Shown: one piece after another, positions 58,410-64,000 of the stretch
How the letters are laid out: each line of letters begins with the position of its first letter
How positions within the stretch are numbered: position 1 is the stretch's first letter
NCBI RefSeq assembly: GCF_009914755.1
Contig: NC_060925.1
Source: the human T2T-CHM13v2.0 reference genome, Homo sapiens
Reading direction: 5' to 3' (one strand)
Length of the DNA: 64,000 bases
The notes under the pieces: model-generated
Seen by the model: only the letters and a program-made list of their open reading frames with translations
What the model was told of the DNA's origin: nothing
The model's database searches: none
Translations under genes and position numbers: made by a program

Positions 58410-58625
58410 TATTATACTCTAAGTTTTAGGGTACATGTGCACATTGTGCAGGTTAGTTACATATGTATACATGTGCCATGCTGGTGCGCTGCACCCACTA
58501 ATGTGTCATCTAGCATTAGGTATATCTCCCAATGCTATCCCTCCCCCCTCCTCCGACCCCACCACAGTCCCCCACAGTCCCCAGAGTGTGATATTCCCCT
58601 TCCTGTGTCCATGTGATCTCATTGT

Positions 58626-62452
<3,827 letters not shown>

Positions 62453-62515
62453 TATGATGTTAGCTGGTGATTTTGCTCATTAGTTGATGCAGTTTCTTCC
62501 TAGTCTCGATGGTCT

Positions 62516-63532
62516 TTACATTTTGGCATGATTTTGCAGTGGCTGGTACCGGTTGTTCCTTTCCATGTTTAGCGCTTCCTTCAGGAGCTCTTTTAGGGCA
62601 GGCCTGGTGGTGACAAAATCTCTCAACATTTGCTTGTCTATAAAGTATTTTATTTCTCCTTCACTTATGAAGCTTAGTTTGGCTGGATATGAAATTCTGG
62701 GTTGAAAATTCTTTTCTTTAAGAATGTTGAATATTGGCCCCCACTCTCTTCTGGCTTGTAGGGTTTCTGCCGAGAGATCCGCTGTTAGTCTGATGGGCTT
62801 TCCTTTGAGGGTAACCCGACCTTTCTCTCTGGCTGCCCTTAACATTTTTTCCTTCATTTCAACTTTGGTGAATCTGACAATTATGTGTCTTGGAGTTGCT
62901 CTTCTCGAGGAGTATCTTTGTGGCGTTCTCTGTATTTCCTGAATCTGAACGTTGGCCTGCCTTGCTAGATTGGGGATGTTCTCCTGGATAATATCCTGCA
63001 GAGTGTTTTCCAACTTGGTTCCATTCTCCACATCACTTTCAGGTACACCAATCAGACGTAGATTTGGTCTTTTCACATAGTCCCATATTTCTTGGAGGCT
63101 TTGCTCATTTCTTTTTATTCTTTTTTCTCTAAACTTCCCTTCTCGCTTCATTTCATTCATTTCATCTTCCATTGCTGATACCCTTTCTTCCAGTTGATCG
63201 CATCGGCTCCTGAGGCTTCTGCATTCTTCACGTAGTTCTCGAGCCTTGGTTTTCAGCTCCATCAGCTCCTTTAAGCACTTCTCTGTATTGGTTATTCTAG
63301 TTATACATTCTTCTAAATTTTTTTCAAAGTTTTCAACTTCTTTGCCTTTGGTTTGAATGTCCTCCCGTAGCTCAGAGTAATTTGATCGTCTGAAGCCTTC
63401 TTCTCTCAGCTCGTCAAAATCATTCTCCATCCGGCTTTGTTCTGTTGCTTGTGAGGAACTGCGTTCCTTTGGAGGAGGAGAGGCGCTCTGCGTTTTAGAG
63501 TTTCCAGTTTTTCTGTTCTGTTTTTTCCCCAT
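62516..63532 (-). CDS. LINE-1 ORF1p (338 aa, RNA-binding trimer), full length
   Basis: Matches L1HS ORF1p with REKG, ARR and YPAKLS motifs intact. Confidence 0.96.
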   Translation of the reverse strand: MGKKQNRKTGNSKTQSASPPPKERSSSQATEQSRMENDFDELREEGFRRSNYSELREDIQTKGKEVENFEKNLEECITRITNTEKCLKELMELKTKARELREECRSLRSRCDQLEERVSAMEDEMNEMKREGKFREKRIKRNEQSLQEIWDYVKRPNLRLIGVPESDVENGTKLENTLQDIIQENIPNLARQANVQIQEIQRTPQRYSSRRATPRHIIVRFTKVEMKEKMLRAAREKGRVTLKGKPIRLTADLSAETLQARREWGPIFNILKEKNFQPRISYPAKLSFISEGEIKYFIDKQMLRDFVTTRPALKELLKEALNMERNNRYQPLQNHAKM

Positions 63533-63829
63533 CTTTGTGGTTTTATCTACTTTTGGTCTTTGATGATGGTGATGTACAGATGGGTTTTCGGTGTAGATGT
63601 CCTTTCTGGTTGTTAGTTTTCCTTCTAACAGACAGGACCCTCAGCTGCAGGTCTGTTGGAATACCCTGCCGTGTGAGGTGTCAGTGTGCCCCTGCTGGGG
63701 GGTGCCTCCCAGTTAGGCTGCTCGGGGGTCAGGAGTCAGGGACCCACTTGAGGAGGCAGTCTGCCCGTTCTCAGATCTCCAGCTGCGTGCTGGGAGAACC
63801 ACTGCTCTCTTCAAAGCTGTCAGACAGGG

Positions 63830-64000
63830 ACACTTAAGTCTGCAGAGGTTACTGCTGTCTTTTTGTTTGTGCCCTGCCCCCAGAGGTGGAGCCTACAGAG
63901 GCAGGCAGGCCTCCTTGAGCTGTGGTGGGCTCCACCCAGTTCGAGCTTCCCGGCTGCTTTGTTTACCTAAGCAAGCCTGGGCAATGGCGGGCGCCCCTCC
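63830..64000 (+). promoter_or_regulatory. L1 antisense promoter region with RUNX motif TGTGGT (63921-63926) and SOX-type AACAAA site
   Basis: Corresponds to L1 nt ~440-610; motifs read directly; activity is inferred. Confidence 0.65.
63984..64000 (+). CDS. Start of LINE-1 antisense ORF0 (MAGAP...), truncated by window edge
   Basis: gcaATGGCGGGCGCCCCTCC at the expected 5'UTR position. Confidence 0.75.

Noticed and set aside
63535-63837. 100-aa plus-strand ORF in the L1 5'UTR as ORF0
   Set aside because: ORF0 starts at 63984; this ORF has a non-ATG start and ends before it

Overview
Human (or very close great-ape) genomic DNA. Bases 1-33.9k hold the 5' part of SLC35D1 (ER UDP-glucuronic acid/UDP-GalNAc nucleotide-sugar transporter) on the minus strand. 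I mapped coding exons 1-9 by hand: all are GT-AG bounded and join into one continuous 797-nt frame. The remaining exons lie off the left edge. A CpG-island promoter sits at about 32.9-34.0k. Bases 34.5-64k are repeat-dense upstream DNA: Alu, MIR/L2, old L1, an ERVL provirus remnant, a THE1 provirus, solo LTRs and a DNA-transposon fossil. The window ends in a near full-length young L1HS (Ta-1) on the minus strand, with its 5' end just outside. That L1 has a full-length ORF1 carrying private substitutions. A 1-nt deletion in an A-run early in ORF2 fuses a normally out-of-frame, strong-Kozak AUG to ORF2p residues 70-1275. I found no convincing new gene or wholly new system. The best leads are this endonuclease-less, RT-intact ORF2 allele, a long UG tract upstream of exon 9, inverted Alus around exon 8, a candidate uORF, and two fossil templated insertions. 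Repeat subfamily names come from recalled consensus sequences and need RepeatMasker/Dfam confirmation.
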